Assembly: GCF_006345805.1 (NCBI RefSeq)
Contig: NC_042997.1
Location: forward strand, 150,226,001-150,290,000
Direction of reading: 5' to 3'
From: Octopus sinensis
Taxonomy: Eukaryota
DNA length: 64,000 nucleotides
Shown here: positions 50,346-63,770 of the stretch, piece after piece
How the letters are laid out: every line of letters begins with the position of its first letter
Numbering within the stretch: position 1 is the first letter of the stretch
Program-made: the position numbers and the translations under genes
The notes under the pieces: model-generated
The model's input: only the letters and a program-made list of their open reading frames with translations
Databases searched by the model: none
What the model was told of the DNA's origin: nothing

Positions 50346-51238
50346 AAGCCTATTCACTCTTTTTTTGGCATTTAAAAAATAAGTCATGCGTGAAAACGAG
50401 GAAATTTCTGTTGTTACTGCAGTCAATCTCTTTCTTTTTCTGTTCCTCTCTTTCTCTCCATCGCTGCCGTTCTTTTCTCGTATTTCTCTCTCACTAATTG
50501 TCTGTTCTTCTCTCTTACTACAACTTTCACCCTTTTCCTCCTCTCATTTTCAACCTCTCTGAATAACACTAAACACTCTTATTTCTTAATCATGTATGTA
50601 TGTTTTTGTGTATGCGTGTATGTATGTATGCATGCATGTGTATTTTTGTATATGCGTGAGTATTCCTTCATATGTATATATTTATGTACTTGTTCAATGT
50701 TTTTATGAGAAAACTTCAAGGAATCTTACTAAAAGTATAAATATATATATATCAAAAATGCTTTCGCCGTTTACTACACCTGCTACTGCAGCTACTGCTG
50801 CCAGTAATATTACTAATACTATTCATATAAATAACGCTTAAAAGGTAAAAGTTTGAAATAATAAAAATAGCAATAATAATAATGATAACAAGAAAAACAA
50901 CTATTTCACCAATAATGAAGCTGTATAACATTTAATATAACTTCTATAATTTCGAGAATTTCTCTGAAAAAGAAACGGTCTTAAATTTTCTAAAAATTTT
51001 TTTTATTATTATATTTGAAATGAAGAAGTATCACAGATATGAAAATATTCCTGGCTTTCGATTCAGCCACAAGTAGGAGGTGACGTGAATGAAATGTTTG
51101 ACTATTGTAAAAGTATAATACCTAAAAAATCTATGGCTGCTTTCACAATGGAATGTATTATACACTTTATACGCAGCGCTCTTTATCCTACATCATGAAC
51201 GGCGTTCCATAGTTTTTAACACAAGACAAATGCATGCA

Positions 51239-51331
<93 letters not shown>

Positions 51332-51437
51332 TATTTATATGTATATATGCGTGTGTGTATTGTGCGAGTGAGTGTGTATGTATGTATCAATTTGTAGATA
51401 GAGATTCCTGCACACATACACACACACACACACACAC

Positions 51438-51496
<59 letters not shown>

Positions 51497-52073
51497 GTAT
51501 ACGTATAGACAGATTGCCGCATAAGTATAATGGCGATGGATATACATACTTCCTGGATATGACGAGAATGTGTCTTCATGCAAAAGTTCCGTATTCAATT
51601 GATATTAATCAGAAGCTTGTGTGACACACTCATGCAATTTTTTAACATAAAAAATCAAACATTATTAATTAAATTTAAAAAGGAAAGAATTGCACCAAAA
51701 TTACAGGTATTAGGAATGAATACTTCATAGATAAAACAAGACGATAGCTTCGCATTAGATTTTATTAAGAGGAAGGACAAAATAGAATAGTATTCAAATT
51801 TGATATTATAGACTAGTATATAAGCAACAACACACGGAAAGTAAATCAAAATTCAAGCGCGGTAATATACAGGCGTTATCTAAGCATTTGCTAACATAGA
51901 AATTATACTTATAGCAATATGGATCTTGAAGTTTTCTTCTGAATTTTCAGTTGGTCTTGTTATATCACGGCAGTGAAAGGGATATAGATTAACAGCAGTT
52001 TCGATGCCTATCATGCAGATCATTTTAGTACCTGGTGTTGGAGATGGAGATGTGTATATATAAATATATATAT

Positions 52074-52214
52074 ACTCTTTTACTCTTCTACTTGTTTCAG
52101 TCATTTGACTGCGGCCATGCTGGAGCACGGCCTTTAATCGAGCAAATCGACCCCCGGGACTTATTCTTTGTAAGCCCAGTACTTATTCTATCGGTCTCTT
52201 TTGCCGAACCGCTA

Positions 52215-52217
<3 letters not shown>
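52074..52217 (-). mobile_element. SINE family A, 3' fragment
   Basis: Close reverse-complement match to the family A tail. Confidence 0.9.
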
Positions 52218-52255
<38 letters not shown>

Positions 52256-52316
52256 TAACAGAATGAAATAAAGATTCCAAGGCTGTGAAAGATTTCACAA
52301 CATTCATAAAGAGACG

Positions 52317-52365
52317 GTATTACAGGTGTTTCTGATATATTTTATATATCCCTTCATCGGAGACG
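52317..52365 (-). ncRNA. Hammerhead-like motif with near-palindromic helix III, in a PLE-type terminal relic (about 52250-52600)
   Basis: GTCT-CCGATGA-AGG-GATATAT(aaa)ATATATC-A-GAAA-CACCTG-TA-ATAC. Confidence 0.5.
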
Positions 52366-52605
52366 GTACGAGAAAAATGTTAAGCGATAGTTATTTTAGG
52401 GAAGATATGAAACAGAGAGTGAAATGGTAGAATGAAAACAGACGTGAGATACACAGGGATATTGTATATATACGCACGCTAATATATGACATATGTTGGA
52501 ATCCTCATTCGCATAATCACCGAACCTGATGATTATAGTCTGTCCATAGCACTTGCTCAGCATTACCTGCCATCTTTGGGTCTTCTCGACACCATTACCT
52601 CTTAT

Positions 52606-52710
<105 letters not shown>

Positions 52711-52744
52711 TATGTCTGTGTATGTGTGTGTGTATATATAATAG

Positions 52745-55244
52745 ATGCGTATTGTATCTGAGAATCATTTGGTATTTAGTTGTACCTATGTAGGATTTCG
52801 TCTGGTTGTTTGTGCGGACGTCACACTGGTAAACTATGTTATTTTTCTTGCATCTATTTGAGAAATGACGCATTGTTCTCTCCCTACAACCCCATAAATA
52901 ATTAGTTGTATCTACTTCCATGTTGTATTGTGTGTGTGTGGGAGGGGGGTTATTATTCAGGTCTGTACCTAAGTTAGCAGGAGGCGTTGCGTTCGTGGGA
53001 GGCTTGGTCCTATTAGTTGGTAGGTTATTACATTTATTGTTCACTATTTTTCTAGTTTCGTAGAAATAGTCAAGTTTTTTATTATTCATTGAGGCTATTA
53101 TTGTGGCTAAGTTATTAGTCAGACTGTGGCCTATTCTGATTTTGTTCCTAAATAATTCTGTATATGTATCATTAACGTTTAGGTCTTTGTCTATGATTTT
53201 CATTAATGAGCGAACTATATTTGTTTTAAGGTGCATATGGTGTAGGGGATTACGAACCAGATATTATCGCTATTTTCTTTGTTTTTTAGTGTTGTTTTTT
53301 CTAGTGTAGAAGCTTCCCTCGTTTGTGATTCGTGTGAAGTTATGGTTGTATGTACGTTGGTTATTGTTATGTTTCACTTGCGTGTTAGTTTTGTCTGTCC
53401 TATAAGTGTTATCGTAGGGTTCATGTAGGTTCAAAGGCCTAGTTTTATTGCTATTATTACGGTTCATATTAGTTGGTTGGGTGTCTTTAGTTTTATTGAT
53501 ACCGCTGTATAGGTTTATACTATTATTTTTGTAGGTGCTGATATTATGGGACTTATATGCGTACTTTGTGTTATTAGTTATGTTAATATTGTTAATCTTA
53601 TTTAATATCAGTTTGTCGGTATTAGTGTTACCGTTATTTTTGTTGTTGTTTGTGGTTTGTGTATAGCTTTGGCATTGCTCATTTTATAGTTGTTTCTATT
53701 GGGATTACCCGTAATTATTTCGTTATTGGTGTAGTGCATGATGTGCATGGTGAGTGGTTGGCGTTAGTGGTATTACTAAGCCGGTTCCTGTTATTTGGGC
53801 TGCTTATAGCGTGATAAGGGTTTAGGTACTTGATTTTTAATTTATATCCTGATTCCTTAGTGTGGAGTTATAGGCTTCTTTATGTCTGTCAAAGATGTCC
53901 ATGTTGGAAGAGAGGCGGGATATTCTATTGCTAATGCTATGTACTAGGCTTCTCTTAATAAAGTTGGGATGATTACTTGCAGCGTTAATGTATTTGAGGT
54001 TTGTGTTGGATTTCATGTAGGTTTCATAGAGTGCTGTGGCTAGGTTGCAGGTTGTGTCTAAGTAGTTAATAGAAGTGTGTTCCTTTTCGATAGAAATAGA
54101 TAGCCCAAATCTTTTGAAGAATTTATGTAGTTTTTCTTGATAAGCTCTAGTTTCCTATTTGATGGTTTCTTAATTAAGAGCGTCATCCCTGTATAGTCCG
54201 CCTTTGAGTTCCGGGAATTCGTCCTGTACGTATGACAGCAGATAGATGCCTACCAGGTCAGTTATTGGTGCTGAATCTGGGGTTCCCATGGTGATATCAA
54301 AATAGTTAGAGGTATCTTTACGTACCCAGAGTTTGTTATCAAAGCTAATAAGTGATTTCCTCGCTTCCAATATTACATTTATTTCCTTCCTGTTCAATTT
54401 CGTGTAATTTGTGGCGTATATTAGGGCTCTATTGAGAATCGTAGGTTTAATTGAGAAGTAGTAGTTTACTATGTCTATCTGTATGAATTTGTAGTTGCTC
54501 TTGTTCTGTATGTTGGAGAAACAGTTGATGGCTTTATATGTGTTGGACCATAATTCCAGGGTTATTTTGCTTTTTGATGTATTTATCGAGTATTAGTTTG
54601 CTTAATTTACATATATATCTGATTTGTTAGGGCATATTAATCTTACTTTAGCATCGGTTAGGAAGTTAGGTTTATAGTCTTCTATAGTGATGCGAGGTCT
54701 GGATGCCACGAATGGTTCAGTTTTGTCCGCTAAGTTGTAGTCATTCATAATTTCCTTGGCTGTTAAGTTCATAGATCTTAAGGTGCTATCTGGTGCTAAT
54801 TTATATATTTTAGTGATTTCCTTTTGTAGCAGTTGGTGGTTGACTTCCAGAGTGTAAGAATTCCTAACTTTGTCTGAGTGGACAATAATTCCGCTTTTTG
54901 ATTTAAGCTTATATAGCAAGTTCTTTTAGGTTCTTTTGGTAGCTATCATACCTTAGTGGGTGTGGCTTGAATTTAAGATTCTTAATTGTATCCCATAGTT
55001 TATTTTCAAAGGCCTATAGGTGGCTGTTTGGTGGGGGTGTTTTCCTAGTTTTGAATCCTTTAGTGAGTTCATTTTTGTTGTGAAGGTTCTGTGTCACGGG
55101 TTTAACTTGCCTGTCATGATATAAAGCTTTCCAGCGTAAGCGGTGGGTAAAGTCAGTTACTTAACTGATGACTTCTTTAAGATATACACTTTTGGGTGGA
55201 ATGGGTATATCTTTTAAAGAGGCTTCCATTGTTATTTTCTCCAT
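52745..55244 (-). pseudogene. Penelope-like retroelement ORF (RT plus C-terminal GIY-YIG), decayed and 3'-truncated
   Basis: N-terminus MEKITMEASLKDIPIPP..HRLRWKA; IIVHSDKVRN..VRLICPNKSDI; RT FDITMGTPDSAPITDLVGIYLL..GLYRDDAL; GIY-YIG IVYQC..SYIGTT..RYNTH; multiple stops and frameshifts. Confidence 0.92.
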
Positions 55245-55259
55245 TTTGCCAGTGTACGG

Positions 55260-57240
55260 TTAGTTGATGGCACCAATGTGGGAGAAGAAAGAACTGAAAT
55301 TTCTGTTGCGTGCATTGATGATTGCTAGCAGCGATCCTCCAGACATCATCATCACTGCTGCACTTAACAAAAATGACTTTTGTAGAACTATTAGATAGAG
55401 CGGAAGAAAAATGAATTCATCCGATCCTGTATGCTTATCAGACTTCACATTGACACCAAGGATGTCATAATGGAAAACTAATGGCAAAGCTGATAAGGAT
55501 AGAGAAAAGGAGACAAAACCCAGAAGTCTCTTTGATCCAGTAGTTTCTCAAAAGAATTAATCTCCCATCCTATCAACAATCAGGCAGAAAAGGATGAGGG
55601 AGCCAAAGAAGCAGCAACCAGAAGCTTCTCTGTGCCAATGGTCCGAAAAAGGAACGGAGCCCTCATCCCTTTGGACAACCAGAGGAAATAAATTCCCACC
55701 ACAAGAAAAAGGAAGGACAGAACACGAAGAAAGAAAGAGAGAAAAAAGTAAAAGAAAAAATGAAATAACCAAAGCTGAACCCCCCACCCACCAAACAAAA
55801 AGCAAAAAACCGCACAGAGGATCCAGTGCAATCCAAAATTCTGGAGGAGAGACTCAAGGACCTGCAAATTGTACATGCAAGGCAAATGTTGGCATTAGGA
55901 AGACGGCAAAAACTGCTGATTTGCTCACCCGAGAAGCCGCCAAAACTACAGGGGCCTTAAGGATAATATATTCTCCGAGAAAAGACAACAATCGTCCTCA
56001 AAGGTAAAAATATCGACAAGAAGTGCACTCTACAGAGGTTATGCACAAACTACCGCAAAAGATTGTGCAGCAGCTGACCTGGCAACACTAAGCGCAAAAA
56101 AAGGAACCTTGCCCACCACTGCGCAAGACTACCACAGTCAACAGACACGGATGGCCTCTCCTAGCACCTGCACAGTCGGCACGCCAATATTTTTACTAAA
56201 TATTGGGGGAGGAGGACGGTTGCATCATAATAAAAGCAAAACTTCGTTCCTGAGAGACATTGCTATATGCAATCAAGCCCTATGCATAGCACTCGTAGAA
56301 ACTCACCTCAGCCCTTATATAGAGGATGCAAAAGTACATGTATCATAATACGCCATACTGCGAACAGACAGAAGGGAATGGAGCCATGGTGGAGTTGCTG
56401 TATACATCAACGATAACCTCACACCACAGGTCTTACTAACATACTCAAATCAGTATGTAACACTCAAATTGTATACATAAGACAACACAATATAGTCATA
56501 TGCAATACATGTAACCAACCGGATGCTCCAAACTTCATAGGCAAGTTTGAAAATTGCCTCACAAGAATTAAAGAAATCCTCCTGCAACTGGAACACTACG
56601 TGAGCATATTTCTTATGGGTGATTTCAACTTCCCCCACGTCAAATGGCCCGAAGGCCTCATGCTTTCAGGAATCACTCATTGCAAACAAGCACAGGTGGA
56701 ATCCCTGCTCAACTCCATCAATGCCCAATTTTGAAGCAAGCTGTACTCTGAGCAACTAGGGCGGGTAGCATTTGGGATCTATGCTTCACGAACAATATCG
56801 ACATCGTTCATGATGTGAAAGTGACGGTGACATTAGTCTCGGATCACAACATAACAAAGCTGTCAAATTTTGGGCCGAAAATAGCCAGAGACATACAGCC
56901 TAAAGGAAGCATCCGAAATCTCTGCAATCTGAACTTCCAGAAAGCAGATTGGAAATCGATCCAAAAGGAGATCCTTAGACAGGACTGGCCGAAATGTCTC
57001 TCCACACCAGACATTGGCATGAAACTAGAATATGAAAATTACAGAGGAGGCTGGTCCACAGGGAATTTCAATCCCAGAGCCTAAATCAGTGAGGGACCTG
57101 GGTATCGACATGAGTGATGATACCTCTTTCCAAATGCACGTTACCAGGATGCTGAAGAGCTAAGTTCCAGGGACGTAAACATACCAGAATAGGTTGTCAA
57201 AGTACGTCATCAAGAATAGTGTCCCTTGCAGTAAAGATCG
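55260..57240 (+). mobile_element. CR1/L2-group LINE: ORF1-like region, APE endonuclease, RT core deleted
   Basis: CIALVETHL, RTDR..HGGVAVYI, LMGDFNFPHVKW, DLCFTNN..VSDHN, LNFQKADW, then directly SVRDLGIDMSDDTSFQMHV. The 5' limit and ORF1 assignment are uncertain. Confidence 0.85.
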
Positions 57241-59009
57241 TTGGTATTTGTTATCTAACTACCAGAAAATATTTTTGTACCCTAGGGGTACATTACTCAT
57301 TATGCTGAAAATTTGAAGAATTATGACCATCTCGGGAACATAAACGATGTATGTTCCCATTGTGAATGAAAGCGGATGAAACATATTGATTATATGGGGA
57401 TCAAGGAAAAGGCATGTAAACGCACCCATCTTCTATTTTATTATATATAAGATAAAGTAATGTGTGTATGCGTGTTTGTACGCTGGCATAATTACATCCA
57501 TGTGTGTCTTAGTCTTCTATTTTGTGATACATAATTAGATTTGCCAGATTTCTTTTTATATCAAATATGAAATAGTGTGCATATTTCGCTAAACCGTAAA
57601 ATTATCTTTACCGATAAGCTAACCCCAAGCCATTTTCAGATAAATAATTCGACTTCTAATTGTATTAGGGATTTTACTTTCTGTTTTGAATGCACGAAGT
57701 AGCGTGTGTGTTGTCGTTCTCTGAAAAAATTGTTCAATATTTCTCAACTCTTGTAGTGAGTGTGAAGTGAGCGTCACAATTTCATTGCTGTTTGTTAGAT
57801 AAATAGATAAGAATAATATCTAACGCTGCAATTTGATACATGTGTTACTTGATATAGGTTGGGAGACAGATATACTACTACTTTATTTATCAAGTGAGCT
57901 AATGAGGAGTTAAAATAGCAACTGCCAAAGAGGTTAATTAACGGATTAAATGACTTATTAAAATAATATTTTTTTATCACGCAGATGGTAGCTCACACAT
58001 ATTATTTCTTTATAGAATGATCTTTCTCTACGCTAAAAATGTGCATATATTTCTGTGTACTTCTTAATTAGCTATCCGTTTGGTAATAACGCTAGCAAAT
58101 TCACTTCCAAGTAATACTTTCGCTATGGATGATCTGAACTGTTTCTACAAGTCCGGAGGTGTCACCTGTACTTAAAGGAGAAATGTAAAATTAATAACAA
58201 TCATCAAGAAATGTTTTTCTTCCAGCGATTATTTGATGCTATTATAGGTTTGTAGTTGTTGCTGTTGTTGTTTTACAATACCTGTCTAGTTTTAAAGAGT
58301 TTTTAGAAATGGGTAATTGCGCACTAATTAGCAGCATGTAATAATAAGATGCGATAATTATGTTGTATTATTTATTTATGATTGTGTCTACTGACTTAAA
58401 GAAAAGATTCTAATTATTGCGTAACTTGTTTGCACTTAAATGAGGGGAGTAGGAAAGTAAACGAAATCCCGAGCATTTTCTCACTACGTGAATTGGACGA
58501 ACTGCTTGTTTTCATAGCTCCTATTGCAGTTTTGATACTCAGTTTCAACTGAATTAGTTTTCTCTAATATTTCAGTGCTACTATCGATTTTGTAAGGGTC
58601 TTAAAAGTCAAATGACCCTAATACATGTGTTAAGTTGGTCTTCCACTCTGTATCAGCTAAATTTCTTAGAAATCTTGTTTGTTAGAGAGACAATATAGCC
58701 ACTTTTCCAATGACCACAACATCAATCACACAATAACGCTACATTATTTCAATTATTATTTTACCCCTGCTGGGAATTAAAATAAATACGAGAAATTTGA
58801 ATTATAGTGTAACCTCATTAGTTGTTCAAACTATCAATTTTATACATTGATTTATTATAACAATACACAATGACTAAGATTTATGGATGTGTACGCCGGT
58901 ATAATGCCGTATTTCTCTCATTCCCATAAGTATCAGCCACATAAATGAATTGAAATATCTCCACATAGATACTGAGGTCGAGTCTTGGGTCAGCTTGTCG
59001 AAAACTTAC

Positions 59010-59052
59010 CACTTCGTTTGCTGCGCTAGACATTCTATCTATTATCGATATC
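59010..59052 (-). CDS. Candidate 43-nt exon with ATG (MSSAANEV, CDS 59033-59010), gene unknown
   Basis: Acceptor CATTCACCTCTATATACAG|G and donor GTG|GTAAGT; A at -3 of the ATG. Confidence 0.35.
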
Positions 59053-60298
59053 CTGTATATAGAGGTGAATGACACTTATGGTAGAGCCATGACAAAATTG
59101 TCTTGCAGTCGTTAGTAACGTCCCAAGTTCAAATCCTTCTAACGATTGACTTTGCATTCGTTTCCCATAGTCGATAATCTTAAAATTTTTTCAATTACTT
59201 CCACTAAATCTTTTTTGAAAATACATGGATTTGGGTCAAGGAGAGATTTCTTGCAGTTGCCAAACGTTCTTCTCACCCAATTTGTTCACAAGTATGCAGA
59301 TTGTTTTCATTTAAAAAAAATTGTCCATCGTTATATAAAGGAAAATTATTCCTTGGTGCGGAACTCCAAATGACTGCAGTTATTTGGAAGGCTGCATTCA
59401 GAAATTGCTGAGAGAAGATTGGGAAAAAAGACTGATACACTTGAAATATGTAAGAATTATGGAAGAAGCAAGTTAATCAGAATTTTCATTGAAATTCTTA
59501 TCGTTGGTCGTAGAACAGGCGAACTTTTGCGAGTTGGTGACGAAAACGTTTTTGTAATAAATAATTATCCGTCAATCACTTGAATACCATATTTTGGAGG
59601 CGATATATACGGCTTATATATATAACAGCATCACATTTCCATGTATTTAAGCAGTGTTCCAGTGTGAGAATTATTTGAGTGCTGTCCAGGTCATAAAAAT
59701 AAACAGGCCAAAGTAATTTATTATTCTACTCAGCTTCTGTTTTAGATGAAGTTAGGACAAGGTTTAATAAATGTCAAATTGCCACGAGACATAATTTAAA
59801 GACTGCTGGCTCTGATATATGTAGTGCATTCCTTTGTTTTAATTAGTTCGTAGGATGCTGTTCTGTGTTTGTTCTTTGAAGGAAACTAGGTTACCACGTC
59901 CGTGTTGATGTATTAGAAAACAGTTTTTGTACAGTTACGATTTTATTACATTATTAAGAAATTAGCTACTTATATTCTTGTCTCGTAATATAGACAATTT
60001 ATAGTTAACGATCTGTCTATTACTGCTGCTATATGTATTAAAATGTATGTTATGCTAGTTTACCCATCCATTGCTTTTAAATGTTAGTTTATAAATTTGA
60101 GTGAGTAATAATGAAATCAGTACCAAATATTACTTTGCCTGAGAGCAAAAAGTAGATATAGATTTTGTGTTGATTGGTCATTCTTTTCTTCCATTTGTCA
60201 TTTCATTTTCTTTGCTCGACTCTTTCAACATACATATCTGTGTGTGTGTGTGAGTGTGTGTGTGTTAGTGTGAATGTGTGCGCACGCATGCGTGTATA

Positions 60299-61520
60299 CA
60301 AGGTGCGAGGGGTATTTGAGGAAAGTTTCAGCATAAATGAATATGTATTTGAATAAACATTTGCGCAGTTAGTTTTGATAATGATTTTTAAAGCTAATTA
60401 TGCTATGAAACCGCCATCGGCTTCGATGACTGTTTCAATGCTGGTATGCGGACACTATACAGTCCTTATTAACTTCGGACATCACCTTGACAATAGCTGC
60501 CTTCAGGGAAGCCATGGTATTATGAGAATGATGACTATTCTTTCTTTCAACAGTGCTCCACACGTAGCAGTCCATGAGGTTCAAATCTGGCGAGTTTGGA
60601 GGTCACATATTTGGTGTTACATAATCGCAAAGATTATCTGACAACCATTCTTGGGTGATTTGGGCTTTGTGAGAAGTTGCTGACTCTTGTTGTGACACGC
60701 ATGACCTTCCATTGCATACTTCCTCAATCCAGGGCTTGATAACTGTTTCCAGTATCTTAATGTATCCAGCAGTACACATTGTATGCTCCTGTGGTAAAAA
60801 GTGAGAAGGCATCACAGAACCTTCGCTACTCACCACTCCTATAACCATCACAGTTGCTGGAAATTTAGTGTGCATCACTCTGGGTACTTCAGAAGGGTCT
60901 GCACATAACCACCTGTAATTTCCTCTTTTATACTTTTGCTCCTGGTCAAAGTCTTTTCGTCAGAGAAAAACCAAAGCGTGCCTTGTTCATGAGGGATTTT
61001 CACTTTAAGTAACAGTTTTGAACGGATGAGATGGTTTGCTTGTGTCTTTGACGGCCCGAATTGGCTTTCCCTTATTACATAGGAGTTGTATCGAATGTCA
61101 CGATGTGCCACAGTTCTGAGAGTCCACTGTGACACATGCAGCTCTTTAGCAATGGACTTCATTGATCTTCTGAGGTTTTCCGTGACAATGTTTTGAACAT
61201 GTGGTATAAATTCTGTTGTCCTTTTAGTGTCTGAACTTTGTGAATATTTGTTTGCCCTTTGACACAGGTGAAACTTTAATATCACATGCCTCCAATTCCA
61301 ACTGAGCTGTGTGTACAAACGATCTTGCAACTTTTAGAAAGTTGCAAATTTCTAAATCGCTGTGGTTTGCATGTATAGCAACTATTACTGCATGTCTTCT
61401 AATTTCTTGAGTTAACATTATATCTCGAAAGTGTTATCTGAAAAAAAAAGTAATGCATGAAATAATTTGAAGGTGTAATGAGCTAAAAGCGAAATGTCCT
61501 CAAATACCCCTCGCACCTTG
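60299..61520 (-). mobile_element. Tc1/mariner superfamily, maT (DD37D) family transposon, full length 1222 bp
   Basis: Perfect 24-bp TIRs CAAGGTGCGAGGGGTATTTGAGGA at 60299-60322 and 61497-61520; TA TSD on both sides. Confidence 0.96.
60398..61418 (-). pseudogene. maT-type transposase, disrupted
   Basis: WFFSDEK, TKFPATVMVIGVVSSEG, QQESATSH and SPDLNLMD, with 37 residues between the second and third catalytic positions; frameshifts, a stop, and D-to-E at the second position. Confidence 0.92.
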
Positions 61521-63069
61521 TATATCTTTGCCATCATTCGGTCGAACAAACTCTAAAACTTTAATGTGTAACTTTAACACTCCTACGCTCATATACACTT
61601 TCTCCCTATCTCTTTCTCTCATACATTTTTTATTTCTCTCTTACTGGATTTTATCTTTACACACACAATTTCTGCATAACCAAAAGGAAACGATATCTTT
61701 TTGAAGCTATAATTGAAAGAGAAAATTATATTTAAAATGCTACTCATCTAGTAATAAATACTTCAAACGCTTTGTTTAATGGTGTAAAATTTATCATGAG
61801 ACAAGAGTCACAATAAACACATTCTTAGTACAAATACTTCAATTTCTTACTTTCTTAATAGACGTACTATTTCTGTAAAAGATTAGCATACAATAAACAT
61901 GATTTGTCTTGATCGTATATTACAAATAATTAAAATAATTTGCATCCTCCATTGAAAGAAAGACGTCACAAAAAGTTATATAATTTATTTTACATAATAT
62001 CAATAAATTTTGAAAATATAGTATCATAGTGTTTTGCTTTGCATCATTTATATCTTCGTAGTAATATCTGTCAGTGAGTTTTATCGATTTTTGAATTGGC
62101 GAATTGTTTGTTGGGCAAGTAACTTTTTTATTTCTAAGTCGCCACTTTGCTTTTCAGCCTTATTGGGTTCAATATAATATAGTTAAATTCAAGTATTGAT
62201 GTTATTTTAATCAACTTTCATAAGCGCTAGCAAGCTATATGCAATTATGATACGGTAGAACCCATATACCGGAGCTATAATGGCGCCTATCAGTCGTGCT
62301 AAGCGAAAGATGTGTTGACAAATATTTTTACAAGTTTTAAATTTTTAATGATAGCAAAAAATATTGTAGTTAAATATCTATTAAGAATTTTGCTAAGTGG
62401 ATTTTTAATCGTATGCTTACACAGACGCCTCAGATTATTTGCTTACGCTATACGTTTTAGCTTTATTTGACTTTCAATTATAGATTTAGTACATATTTTA
62501 AAATCGCGTACGAAAGTGGGGTGCAAAATGAAATTATTTCTCGTAGAATTTCGAAAAGAATATGTGTGCCAAAGTATATAGAACTGAAATGGTTTAGCAA
62601 TAATACTAATGAATACACTTGTAGATTATCTCTTTATATATCACACTTACAATACCATGTTTTTGTTTGAAAAAATTCGACTTAGTGTAATAAATATTTG
62701 GGTTGTTGAATAATTATATTCATTTTTTGGTTGTTGAATTAATAATATCAAATTTTGTTGTTTAGTTAGTGTGATTATGTTTTGTAGGATTAGAGGAATA
62801 GGAAAAGTTAGAAGTTGCGGTCTCTGAGTGTTTTGTTAAAACGTGTATAGTAATCATTTGGGGTATGATATACCGGATAAAGTGTATATGAGCAATAGGC
62901 TCATCATGGCCAAGCTAAAAATTTAGAGAGAAATATTAAAGAAAAGCAGTTATAAATTCGTGCCCATGTGCAAAAACCCACACATATGTAAGCTTGTGTA
63001 TGGTGAGTACAAACGTATAAAGATGCTTATATACAAGCATATATACATGGGTAGATGCGTATTCGCACT

Positions 63070-63250
63070 TAAAGAAGAATTGGCGGAATTTCGTCTATCT
63101 TTATGTTGTGTGTTCATATTTCGCCGAGGTCGACGTTTCCTTTCATCACTTTAGGGTCAATAATTTAAGTGTCAGTTGAGTACTGCAGTTGATGTACTCG
63201 ACTATCCTCCCTCTCTACCCCGAAATTTCTGGTCCTGTGCCAAAAATTGA
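63070..63250 (+). mobile_element. Diverged SINE with family B-type core
   Basis: CGCCGAGGTCGACGTTTCCTTTCATCACTTTAGGGTCAATAA. Confidence 0.7.
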
Positions 63251-63599
63251 GGCGAATAGATGTATGTCTGTGTGCGTGTGTGTGTACGTGCGCGCGCGTT
63301 CTAGAGCGCAAAGTTTTGTGCCTATACATATATACGTATAAAGCCGATTTAGCTACATCCTTAGAAGGTCACAATAAAAATGACGAAAATTTAGTTATGA
63401 AAACGTACATCATCCGTATGAGAGGAAGAAATAGAAAAAGAGAGAAATGAGTAGTAGAAGTAGTAAAAGAGAGTAACGAATAATAGGTAGATATATATAT
63501 ATACATGCAAATGAAAACAAATTCATATAGCAGACATACCAGAAGTTTCATTTGTTTATGTATATATAGACGCATATAGATAAGCCCACACGTAGATTT

Positions 63600-63668
63600 A
63601 TAGCAGTATATATATACCTATATATATATATATATATATATCACACAAACTCATATATCTCACACAAC

Positions 63669-63760
<92 letters not shown>

Positions 63761-63770
63761 ATATATAATA
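63600..63770. repeat. (TA)n/(TG)n microsatellite field
   Basis: Directly visible. Confidence 0.92.

Noticed and set aside
55165-55222. CTGATGA followed by a hairpin
   Set aside because: No GAAA after the stem; antisense to the PLE coding sequence.
57310-57480. HLG..VCSHC peptide and TC-TATATATAA-like string suggesting a Helitron
   Set aside because: Too short; no Rep/helicase motifs or 3' hairpin-CTAG found.
62210-62890. Pogo/Tigger-like TACGGTAGAACCC start
   Set aside because: The putative right end does not match as an inverted repeat.
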